Below the pieces are notes generated by a model that saw only the letters and a program-made list of their open reading frames with translations, did not search any database and had not been told where the DNA came from. The position numbers and the translations under genes are program-made. Below, piece by piece: positions 51,240 through 62,309 of a stretch of 64,000 nucleotides of DNA; positions within the stretch are counted from its first letter, which is position 1, and every line of letters starts with the position of its first letter. Source of the stretch: Psammoneis japonica (taxonomy: Eukaryota); NCBI GenBank assembly GCA_008632985.1, contig QPGO01000284.1:1-64000 (forward strand), written 5' to 3'.

Positions 51240-54200
51240 TCAACCGCATTGTGAAACTTGGCCGCCCATGTTTTTCTCCTGTCTTGAACTGCCCAAACGT
51301 GCTTTGTCTTCTCGTGTGACTCTGTGATTCCCGGTTGTTCCTCGCACACCTGCAATTTTTCACCGACCGCCTCAATTGGAACCAAGTGCAGTTTTGGAGC
51401 ATGCACGGCTTTTTGCGTGTGGACAACTCTTGGTTTTTTACTTGATCCAATTGCCATCGACTGACAAGGTCGGTGTGTTGCATGCGTTCCACCATGGTGC
51501 GCTTGTCCGCCTGGCAAGTGCAAGGATGCACAATTGCAAACAACTCACCATCGCTCATTCTTTGAAAGAAAGAATGAAGTCGTGAAGGGAAGAACAAATC
51601 ACCGCGCCAAGTTCCAAAGTTTGCATTTGCCCAGTCATGAATGGCGCCTTTGCTGTTGCAGTCCGGGTGCGCGCGGTGAGTGTCGATGCCGTTTTTGTCA
51701 CAAATTTGAGGAGAACAGGGTGCACCTGACAATGCTTTTGTTTTCCCTTCCACAGGAACAAAACAGCCTTGTTCGAAGCATTGCACTTCAACACGCATGA
51801 GGAACCACCAAGACGGTGATTGGCCGCATCACCCGCCGCACGCATTTTGCGATCCGACTTCTTTGTTGTCCATGGATTGGCGGAGATGGCTCGGCGAACC
51901 ATCATTTGGTCTTCCATGCGAGACGCAACCTGACCCAGAAGGACATCAAAGCTCCGCTGTTGAGCCATGGCGGCTGGCAATTTGAAAAAATCCTTCAACA
52001 GTGATTTGCCAAGACCAGCATCGAAATTCATGGCATGACGGTAGAAGAACAGGAAAGTGGGCAAATGGATCAATTCATGGAGTTTTTGCAGCTTCCAACC
52101 AGCACCCTTTGAAGGTTGTTTCTGTCTGAAGGAGGGTCACCCAGCTTGTGCCATGCATGGAATGCAAGCATGTCTTTGAGCAGCTTTGCATGCTGGTGAA
52201 CGCTGCATCTAATTGGGATTCTCTTTTTGTTGGCTCTCTTGCGCTTGCCCTCTCCTTTGTTGTCTGATTCGTTGTTGTTGTTTTCAACAGAACGGTCAGT
52301 GTCGCATTTGTTGGATGCTGCATCTTCTCTGTCATCTAGATCAACTGCTGCCTGGCAATCATCCTCCGGATCGCATTCTTGTGGCATGTGGATTCTGTCC
52401 ATTCTGAATTTTGGGATGCGGCGACCCAAGGGAAGTGATGGTTCTTCCGCGTCTTCTTCGCTGAAGCAGGATGCGCAGACCTCGCGACCCTCCTTTGCAA
52501 GCAACAGAAGGTAAAAGACAAAGGCCATCCCCGCCCAGTGATGAGAATTTAAGAAGGTGAGTGAAGTGGCCCCACCTTTGAAATTGGTGCCCAGAAAGGA
52601 GGAACTGCACGTGGATTGGTGATTCCCGAACATCTTTTCTGCCAGCCCGTCTACCTCCTTTCTCACGTTTGCAGTCATGCTGTCCACAAACACATGGATC
52701 TCCCTTTTCAGAGTGCCATTTTCATGCAGGTGCATCATGTCGCTGGCCATGGAAAGAGTTGCTCCGAATGGTTGCTCGCCAAAGTCTGCACACAGCAAAC
52801 TGTTGGTTGGAACATTGTGTTGCTTCATGTGGTGCAGTTCTTCCCTCCAGTGACTCCGCTCCTTGTCTTCAAGACTTTCATCATTGGCCATGCACTGAAC
52901 TCGCAGCAAGTTGCCAGCACGCACCAGCTTGCATTCCTTCCAAGGGTCGTCAAGGTTGTTGCATCCCGTCATGCAAAAACGGGAGCAGCGTTGGCGACAA
53001 TTCTTTGCCGTGCCTGCCCACAAGGCAGTCTCCGCTCTTTGCATCTCCATTGATTAGGATTGTGATTGGAATTACATGAAGGTGACGGATCTCGTCGCCT
53101 CGTCGCACATGACATTTGAAGCCACCCAGCTCCATTGCGTCAAGCAAAGGCTGAAGTGTGGTTTTCAAAACCTTGTGGTGCTCACGAAGACTTTGCCCCT
53201 TTTCCGACTTGCGTGCATTGGACTGCTGTTTTGCTGCGGAAGAAGACATTTTTTCAAGGTCGGGAATGCATCCAAGAACTCTCCACTTAGCTTTGTTGTG
53301 CCACTGTGTGAAGGCAACATGCGCGGAGGTCACTGTCACGGGTTCTCTGCAAGAAGATCCCATCGAAGCTGTCTGTCCCGTCTTGTCTACATGAACTGTC
53401 AAACATTCCAAGAACTGTTTTAGTGGATCCTTGACTCTGGCGAATCGTGCTCCTGTGCCACTCTCCGGCCAAGACGCATTTGTCATCCAAGCCCTTGGCA
53501 ACGTGCATGCCAAAAGGATTGTGTGTGTCCGCAAGATTGCTTTTGTCAGCCCACATGCAAGTGTCAAGCATGTGTGATTCCCACACCTCTTGGAAGTTCC
53601 ATCTTGGAACCATTGCAGTTTTCTCTCCCCGTTCGCCGCTTGGAGTTTCCAGGTTGACCGGTGTCATCTCTCGTTTGGTCCGGGGAACGATTTGGAAAGA
53701 GTTTCCATCAGTGCATTGCGATGAGGCATTTTGGTCCCAAGCTTGAATGTGGTGCTGCAATGTCTTTCGACAAATCCCACAATGTCGTCGCACAGGTGGA
53801 GCGGCGCTCTGCAGTCATCTGTCAGCTTGCTCAACTCCACACAGGCCCCGTTTGGGTTGCTCAATGACGACAAGCCGGCAAAGGCTGCCTCGGCGGGGTG
53901 TTGGCAGATGTTGCCCAATCGGCTGTCATCCAACAGAGAGGAAATGTTCCCTTGGGACGCTTGCGTGTCATCTGTCACATTGCTGTCTGGAACATCCATG
54001 GTGACGTCCGGCAGCGCGGCGAAAGAGTTTGCTTCTGTGTCGCTGCTTTCGTCTGAAAGCATCTCCAGTGACATGAAGCAACTGTCGTCTGGGCCACAAA
54101 TGGAGGAGAGAGGGGACATGTTGTCTTCGAATGCTGGCGACCATGGAGCGTCAGAAGGTGGTTCGGACGAACGGGCAGAACCAGCCATGCGGGCATTGGA

Positions 54201-54517
54201 AACAGAGGCCCCTCGTCTTGATCGTCTCAATCCATGTGTGGAGGTGTGGTTGGATGACGAGGAAGAATCGAGTCCACGAGAAGCCATTGAATGCAAATTT
54301 GCATTCCCAGGGTTGCTGTGCCTTCCAACCACTTTGACACAAGCATCGGGCAACAAGTTGGGTCCCGGCGCACCTTGTGACGCCAAGTTGGACACTTCGC
54401 GAGCGACAGACATTGTGGATTGCGATTTAAGTGACCGAGCATGCGCTGGAAGGAGCGATGGCAACAGGGACAGGCGATGGCTTCTTTGCCCTTGTTTTTG
54501 GACTGAGGAAGTTCCAT
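51240..54517 (-). pseudogene. Plavaka-like (EnSpm-related) transposase, frameshifted
   Basis: N-terminal CPCC...H.....C finger; GEWH; LTVHVDKTG (=YxDKT); EPV; WRVLGCIPDL; INGDAKSGDCLVGR; CSRFC; DMMHLHENG; HRAHPDC...HDWA (=YRAHP.Y...YDWA). Confidence 0.8.
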
Positions 54518-54704
54518 TTTGGTGTTTTGGTGGAAAGAAACAGCAAAGGATTGGCGAGAGTGATTGTGCAAATGGTTGCGGCTGAGGTTTGGTCGTGTGG
54601 ACGGTGTGTGTGTGTTGTGAGGGTTGGCGGGAAACAAGACATGAAATTGGCGCGAAAATGGTGATCATTGATTTTTTTGCATTGATGAATGCTTTTGTGG
54701 TTGC

Positions 54705-55053
54705 AACGTGTTCCAGCTCTAGGTGGGACCTCGTGCTGCTGAACTGTGACATGATTGTTTTTCATCATCTGTCGCATGTTTTGCACGCACATTTCCATGT
54801 GTTCTATCACAAAACATTGTTCCACACTGCCTGTTTTGCGAAGCCAAAGGCTTTCTGTTGTCTGCACTCATGTCAACAAAAATGCGCTGAATGTGCTTCA
54901 AGTGTGGAGGAGGAGATGCGTTCACAAAATTGCCTCTTTTTCTGTTGGCGATCATTCATGTATCCATTGCTCAATGATTTTACTGCGGAGCTCGCACGCA
55001 GAATTCTGCGGGCCCAATGTCACAAAAAGTCCCACCTGGGACTGGAACCCATC
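54705..55053 (-). mobile_element. MITE family copy (internal deletion), TSD TTGC
   Basis: ttgc|aacgtgttccagctctaggtggga...tcccacctgggactggaacccatc|ttgc. Confidence 0.93.
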
Positions 55054-55325
55054 TTGCCTGTCAAAAGAATGCATTGGGACAATTGAACACTTTCGTTTTG
55101 TGTGATAAATGAGAATGCAAAAATTGCCAACGGAAAGGGAAGAGCAAGTCAGAACACAGTCTTCGGAACATTTTGTGATCACCACTCACCATCAATTCTT
55201 TAACTTGCGCGCGCAGTGAAAAGGCAGGTGTTGTTCCACGTCCGTTAGTTCCACCATTGGGACAGTGTCAACGCATCAAAAACAACACCCGTTGTGCCAC
55301 AACAGCCGTGCAAGTGACGTGCACC

Positions 55326-56597
55326 ATGGCTTCCATTGTCCAGAACGACACCTTGCTGGCACGCTGGCCTGATGACTGCTGGAGGAAACTGGCTGAGGTG
55401 GAGAGCATGGGACAAGAAGCAAAAGAGGAAAAGATGGAGGCAGACTGCAGCGCAGCTAAAAAAGAGCTAGGTCGATGGTTGGGCACCGGCAGGAAGGAAC
55501 CATCCAACAACCCCTGCTTGCGAAGAGACTGCATGGACATGTGCAGTTTAATTGGCTCGCACAGCAAAGTCGCGCGCGGTGACTTGGGCGGAGAGCCCGC
55601 AGATGTCAAAGAAATTTGGGTGATTCATTTGATGATCATGGAAAGAGATGAACGGACCATCAAGGAGAAATGGAAGGAACTGTGGGAAACCAAGTGCAAC
55701 ATCATGAGCCGGGTGTGTGAGAACATGCATGAATGGACCAGGGAAGTGAGGGAATGCATGCACGCTGCACAGGCCATGTTCTCCATTCACGACAAGGACG
55801 AGCATTCAGGTTTGATCATTGAGCAAGTGAGGAATGCTCACAAAACACGCCAGCATTGGAACTTGCTGGCAACACACCCGGAGAGGCAGGGAGAACAGCG
55901 TGCGGCAAGCGGTTGGTTGAACGACCCAAGCGATGAGCTGTTTGATGAGTTTGCAGCTGGGTCAAGGGAGGGCGAGCTTTGTCTGGCAAATGACAATCAA
56001 GATGTTGATTCGTTAAGTGGGGAATCAACCATCAGCTTGCCCACATGTGGAATGGACCAAAGCGGGAATTGCGGACCGCTTGCATTGGACAACGGTTTGG
56101 GAGATGTGTGCAAACTGGTTGTGGACCAAAAGGGCGCAGTGTTTGATGCAAGGAAGCTGGCGCATTTGTTCGAGCGACAAGCAGAGCGAGACGCACCTTG
56201 CAGGTTGTGGCGGTGTGACGAATTGGAGTTCTTTGAATTGACACCTGGGAAGGTTGATGGTTGGATCTTGGAAAAAATTGAGAAAATGGGCTTGGGTGTG
56301 GGGTCCTTTGGCCATTGTGACAATGAAGAGAACAGGAGACTACGGAGACAACATCTAAAAATGAAAAAGGAAACGATTCGTCGCAATCACATTGAGCGTT
56401 TCGTTGGGTGTGTCAGCAAGGCAACCAGCGCGTTTGATCGCATGACTGGTTGCTCATGGGAGGGGAGGCACAGCGATTTTGTCATTGTCCATTTAGAGGA
56501 GGATGCGATGGAAGAATTGGATCAGAGATCATTTTTGGTGCCGAGTTTCTGTTGGAGTGCGCATGGAGCATGGACGCAAACTTCTGACCTGCAGTGA
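55326..56597 (+). pseudogene. Tyr-free unknown ORF (probably transposon cargo/accessory)
   Basis: Over 400 codons open, protein-like E/K/R composition, no Tyr, no recognisable domain. Confidence 0.4.
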
Positions 56598-56689
56598 TTG
56601 ATGTTCATGCATGATTCTGTGCAATTGAAAGTTTCAAATGCAATGATCCAGTTGCACATCAAAATTGTCATTGACATTTAATTGTGCAA

Positions 56690-57085
56690 GACGCGTTCCA
56701 GACGTAGGTGGGAATCCGTGTGACATTGGGCCCGTAGACTTCTACGTGCGAGCTCCGTAGTAAAATTATATGGTAATTAAAATGTCAATGATCGCCAACA
56801 GAAAATGAGGCAATTTTGCGAACGCACAAACTCGCCCATGATTGAAGTGCATCATTTTTTACTTAGCCAGTTACATTCTTCAGACATTGAAGAATGTAAC
56901 TGGCGCATTATTGTTTCTATAAACTCGTTATATAAAACGTCTGGGGCTTCGCAAAACAGCGAGTCTGGACAATTCTTTTTAAATATCACACGTAGAAATC
57001 TACGTGCAAAACATACGACGGATGATAAAAATTATTTGTGTCACACGTCAGTGCTACGAGCTCCCACCTAGGGCTGGAACGCGTC
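56690..57085 (+). mobile_element. MITE family copy, young/TA-intact, 396 bp, TSD GCAA
   Basis: gcaa|gacgcgttccagacgtaggtggga...tcccacctagggctggaacgcgtc|gcaa. About 28 TA retained; same subfamily as 10185-10580. Confidence 0.96.
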
Positions 57086-57353
57086 GCAATTCAAGTTGAA
57101 CAATTGGTCACTTGAGCTGAAACAAATGCAACCAAACATGTGGTCTTCAAAGTCAAATGACAAAAATCACTAATTGTGATGATTTGGGAAAGATTTGACA
57201 GTCAACAACACATGAGGAGGGGGAAGTGGCATCACCACAAAGTGTCAGGAACAGGTTTGAAATTTTGCAAAAAGACAATTTTCCTCGGAAGAGCTGTTGC
57301 GCTGCACGATTGCAGACAGGAGGAACTGACAGTGACACAATGAGTCGTGGACG

Positions 57354-58546
57354 ATGGGAAGGAGGAAGAAAGCAGCTAAGACAGATGCTGCAGGGGCAGA
57401 GGGAGCACCCCACAGCCCGAGGCTTATGGCGGCATTGCAGCGGATGGGGGCTGCGGCGGATCACAAGTCACTGAAGAGAGAGGTGGAAGAGGTGGCACGG
57501 AGAGAGCTGTCCCCAAAAGCGAAATTCCTCGTGAAGGTGGACACAGTGAGTGGTGGCAAGGTGTCACGGCCAATGCGCAAAAACACAGCAGATGGCAAGT
57601 TCGGCAAGCTCGAACGGGCGGGATCATGGGAGGACTGGGCCAAAAAAGCATGCTCAACGCGATCAACGCGAAAAGAAACACCGTGTGTCAGACGACAATG
57701 AGGAGTGCAATGAGTTGCAAGTGAGGAGGAGTGGAGCATTTCCGAAGCGAGAATAGAAAGTGGTGCCACTGATGAATTGCTCGTTTTTCCACAGTCGTCA
57801 CAACAGAAAAACAAGCAGAGGAAATCCGAGAAAAAAAAGAAAGAAGCAAGGAAGCAGAGATCCGCAAAAAAGCGGAAACAGGATGAAGCTGACATTGAGG
57901 AAGAGTTCATTGTGACTTGGGAGGATGGGACAGTGGACACAATTGTGATGGAGAAGCGAAAGGACAGAGAGGCGTGTGCATGGTTCTACGACAACGTCCC
58001 AAAATTCACGAAGAGCACCGCGATGTGGAGGAGGATGGCAGAGTCCGGAAGCACCAAGGCCACAGATCTGGCTGCTGCAAGCGCCGAGACACTGGCCCTG
58101 TTGATGATGGAAAACTGCTGGAAGGTTTGGGAGTGCAAGAAGACGCAGGAGTCAGATGAGGAAGGGAGCGAAGAGGAAAAACCGGCTCCGCTGCACACGG
58201 ACCCGTCGCGACAGCGTGACTCTTGGAAGGATGAAGGAACAAAGCGCTTCAACGATTTGCCAAAGGAGGCAAAGGAAGACAGGGCGAGAGAGCACGGTGT
58301 GCATTTCGACACATGGCACACAGACGAAAAGAAAAAGGAGTGCGAAGAAAAGGGAAAAAAGGCAAGAGCCACTCAAGAGCCAGCGAAAATGGAGAGGTGA
58401 GAACGCAGGCAACATTGGAACTTTCTAGTGATGACGAGGAGGACGATGAAGCAACGGAGACACCAGGTGGTGGAGAAGATGAGGAGGAAGATGAAGCTGG
58501 CCAGGAAGACAGCGACGGAAGCGGCGGAAATGAGAACCCAGTGTGA
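57354..58546 (+). pseudogene. Degenerate transposon-accessory-type ORF
   Basis: ASAETLALLMMENCW..W...PLHT.....SWKDEGTKRFNDL...KEDR resembles a recurring 'S.EA.ALL..ENYW...W..EG..RFN' DNA-transposon accessory motif (recalled, not verified). Frameshifted, with an acidic tail. Confidence 0.45.
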
Positions 58547-59549
58547 GCAAATTGGAGGTGCAGGACGTCCAGGACTGCAGCATCAACTTGGCATTGATTG
58601 AGCATTGATTGACAACAGATGTTAAAAAGCCGCAGAGATGCGCATTGGTTGATTGAGAAGAGCTGACTAACTTCATTGTGCTTGCCCCTTTAAATTGCAA
58701 AACTGTCATGTGATGTGAAGGTTGACAATGACGTTGATTGTCAGCAGTCACAGTGAACGAAGGCGCGTGCCAAATGGGAAAAGAGGGGGGTGTTTACACA
58801 GTTGAGGTTCACTCTTGTAGATAAAAGATGTCTCCACAGCAAAAAAAAATTGACTGCCACAGATTGAATTTTTTTGCCAGCTGCACAACCAATGAGGTTT
58901 GAAACTGTGAAAATTTTGTCTGTCAAAGAGATGAAAATCACAATGAAAAGACAAAGCCTGATCACTGTGTTGTGCCCTCTGATGTTTCCACAGCTGTTTT
59001 GTGCGGAACTGCGGTCAATGGTCAGAGCAACAAACAGAATGACACCTCTTCAATCTGTTGAGTTGCGTTGGGCTGTTGGTGGCATTCATGGCCCTCTTGC
59101 GTGCGCGGCTGGTTGCGTCGGTGTGAGGCCGTCGTGGCTTGTTGGTGGTCGCGTTTCGTGACTGAAACACGTCATTCTGGCACATGAAGTCGAATTAGTC
59201 CATCTCGCAACTTTCTCGCGCCTACAGTATGGCCTATATGATACCGTAGCTTCTTCAGCCTGCGCGCTTTTCACAAGCCGGCCGGCTCGCAATGCTTTGT
59301 CGTCTGCCCGCCGCAAACAAACCAACAGCATGCACAGCGCACTGCAGCATACCGGTAACAACAGCAACAGCAGATGCCGGTAGATGCTAGATGCAACCAA
59401 CGAACTCTTCTGGCGATAGCAAAGAACAACGCCGAGCTTGTAAAGCAAAACAAAGATCTAAATAGTAGTAGAGGTCGTTCTCTTTTGAGGCGAAATCAAA
59501 TGGCATGCTGATGCTTTCATAAGTGCAAAGAACCTCTAGACACACAAAG

Positions 59550-61759
59550 ATGGAAGAGCTTCAAGATGCTATTGAAGATGCCCAGTACGTCAATGCGATC
59601 TCTACCGTAAACGATGGTCCAAGACCCGTGCTGCCATGGGAGAAACCGACAGAAGAACAACTGCAGGGATGGAAAGACAGAAAAAGAAGGTCTTACGAAA
59701 ATGCTTTTAGCTTTGAATGGACGCTTCAACAAGCGCTCGGATTCTTCTTATTTTCGGCATTTCTCAAAGAGGAATCTCATGATTATGTTCGAATCAATTT
59801 CGTGGAAGAAGTCTTACGATGGCGTCGGCGAAAGTCAACACAGACTGCCAAACATATGTATGCGAGACAATTGCACGCGACGCAAATTGCAAAATACTAT
59901 TTGACCTACAACTACGATGGTGGTGCGACTCCTGTAGCACCACAAGACGAAGACGCACATGATGAAAAGCAGCTGCCGCCTCAGACGGAAATTGATGAAT
60001 ATGATCTGGAACGACCCCCGCCGAATCTCGGTATATCAAAGGAAGAATTCACAAAGCTCTGCAAAGACAGCATTGGATCGTACAAAAACTGTCCTGTTGG
60101 ACTCGAAGGACCTATCCTGAACGATATACTGGACCTTTTGCAAGAGAAAGAGGACAGCGAACATTCACAGGGCGACGCAAATAAGAACTCCAACACACAT
60201 GCCCCTCTCATTGCAAATTTGCCGGATGATGTATTCGACAAAGCAGAAGCGGTTGTAATGGAATCTCTAAGACGAGATTATTGGCATAAGTTTCTCGAGT
60301 CAGAGCAATACGAAAAGTTGCTCAACTTTTTGTGGTACCAAGATCGACGAATTGTTCCGGAAGATTTCTTCACCATGCGTGTGTTGGGACGTGGGGGTTT
60401 TGGACTTGTGACAGGTATGAACAAGTTATTGAAAACAAACTTGCGTGGTTTTGCAGCTTTGCAATCTAACTCTGTTGTCTGTACTGTATTCCATGCTTTT
60501 TTCGGCTCTTCAGCGTGCAAGAAGGGTACTTCTGGAAAGCTCTATGCCATGAAGATTATGAGCAAGAAACGGATAAAAATGAAGAAGGCGCAGGGCTTGG
60601 CTCTTCATGAACGTGCGGCTCTTGCTGCCGTTCAAAGTCCTTTTGTGGTGAATCTCAAGTATTCCTTCCATTCAAAAGATGATGTTTTCTTAATACTGGA
60701 CCTCATGGCGGGTGAGTATTGCTTGCAGATTATCGATTCGTTCAGCTTTTCATGTTGCAAAACTATATTGACAACGGATTTCTTCCTCTTTTCTTATTTG
60801 CGGCGTTTCATTCCAATAGGCGGAGATCTGGGATTTCATCTTCAGCAATGTCAGAAATTTGGATATCAGCAATGCGTTTACTACGCTGCTCGAATTATGC
60901 TTGGGTTACAAGCCTTGCATGATAAAGGATACGTCTATCGAGATCTAAAGCCCGAAAATTGTCTATTGGCGGAGGACGGCCGTGTTAAATTAACCGATTT
61001 CGACTAGCCACCACTGTGACGCCGCACTTGCACGGTGCGGCGGGAACACGAGGTTACTGGGCTCCCGAAATGCTACGTAGAGATGCCAAGGGCAAACGCA
61101 TGTCATATGGACACACGGTTGACTGGTTCAGCTTTGGATGTTGTGTGGCCGAGTTCATATCAGGAACAAACCCATTTCGATCCGAAACAGCACTCAAGTT
61201 CGGGCGTGATCGTGGACACGAGAAAAAGGTAAGCATCGCATAAGGAACGGTGGCAACTCCTTCTATCCTCTAGGTGCTAACACTGCATGCTTCGTACCGA
61301 TTATAGGAGCGTGCATTAGACTGTGCCACGTTGGAAATGGAGGTGACGTTTGACCCTGAACATTTCGACTCGTATGCTGCTGACTTTTGCTCGCGTCTTC
61401 TCGATAAAAATGAAAATACCCGACTTGGAACCAATGGAAGCGAAGAAATCATGTCGCATCCGTGGTTCGGGGGTGCAGATTGGGAAAAGATTATGTCAGA
61501 CAGAAAGAAACCCCCATTTGTCCCCGCCACTGATGTCAACGCGGCCTCACAAAGTGAAATCGGCACGTTTGCGGAAGACAAAGCCTATAAAGAAACAATT
61601 ATAACAGAAAAGGACGAAGAAACGTACAAGAATTGGGACTGGACTAATCCGCAGGCCTTCGCAGCTGAGGTGATCGAGTTTCTCATTTACGAAAGAGAAA
61701 CTGGTGAGCCCCTTGTGCCACAGGATCTCGCTTCAGCTTGCTGCTGTGTGATTTCCTAG
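59550..61759 (+). CDS. G protein-coupled receptor kinase-like protein (RGS-homology + AGC Ser/Thr kinase). Introns 60415-60513, 60712-60819, 61229-61306; apparent 1-bp frameshift at ~61002
   Basis: MEELQDAIEDAQY N-terminal helix; RGS-like LGFFLFSAFLKE...INFVEEV; VLGRGGFGLV, YAMK, YRDLKPEN, TDF[G]LA, GTRGYWAPE, DWFSFG, HPWF, KPPFVP. Canonical GT-AG introns keep frame. Ends CCCVIS-TAG. Confidence 0.92.
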
Positions 61760-62309
61760 AGGCCAACTTTACCAGTTCCGAAGGTGCACTTTACTCTATG
61801 GGGCGTTCTAAGCAGTAACGTAGAATCAAAGGACAGGTTTCTAGCACGTCCCAGTTTAATGTTTCGCAATCGTAGGTAGCGGTGCGGCAGCGACACCTTG
61901 CCGGGGCTTCTTCTGACTATTACGGTAGAGTAGATTAGATTTCGGTAACGGGTCACCCAGCGAAAGGGCACCACGAAACAAGCCGCATGCCGATCCTTTT
62001 TGACTGTAACTTATGGAGATGTATCTCGCTCTGTGACTTTGTCTTTGGTCAATTATTCTATGCCTTGGCGGCAAACTACTATCAACTTGACTTTGTGTTT
62101 AAACATACTGCCTTTAAATTAGTCGAGTCATTCTTTGTCCAAGTCGGCCATGTGTGGTGGCTTCAATCCTTCGTGGGTTCTCGGATAGGATTTTGGGTCA
62201 CATTGCTTGAGATTGACTAAAATCTCCAAGTTCTGATATGTGATAGAAAGCTTCTTTCGCCACAGTAACGGAAGGGCGGTTTATGAACAGGTCGCCGCGC
62301 GTTGTTAGA

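Larger units (their letters stand above)
1..59190. other. TpA-depleted, transposon-dense (heterochromatin-like) domain
   Basis: TA is rare throughout except in young MITE copies. ORFs here are nearly Tyr-free and Cys/His-rich. TA returns abruptly at ~59195 (gaattagtcc...cctacagtatggcctatatgataccgtagc). Confidence 0.92.

Noticed and set aside
1..59190. Classical RIP or simple CpG methylation decay as the cause of the composition
   Set aside because: RIP raises TA and creates stops, whereas here TA and stops are lost and conserved Tyr become Cys/His. CpG decay is present but cannot remove TA.
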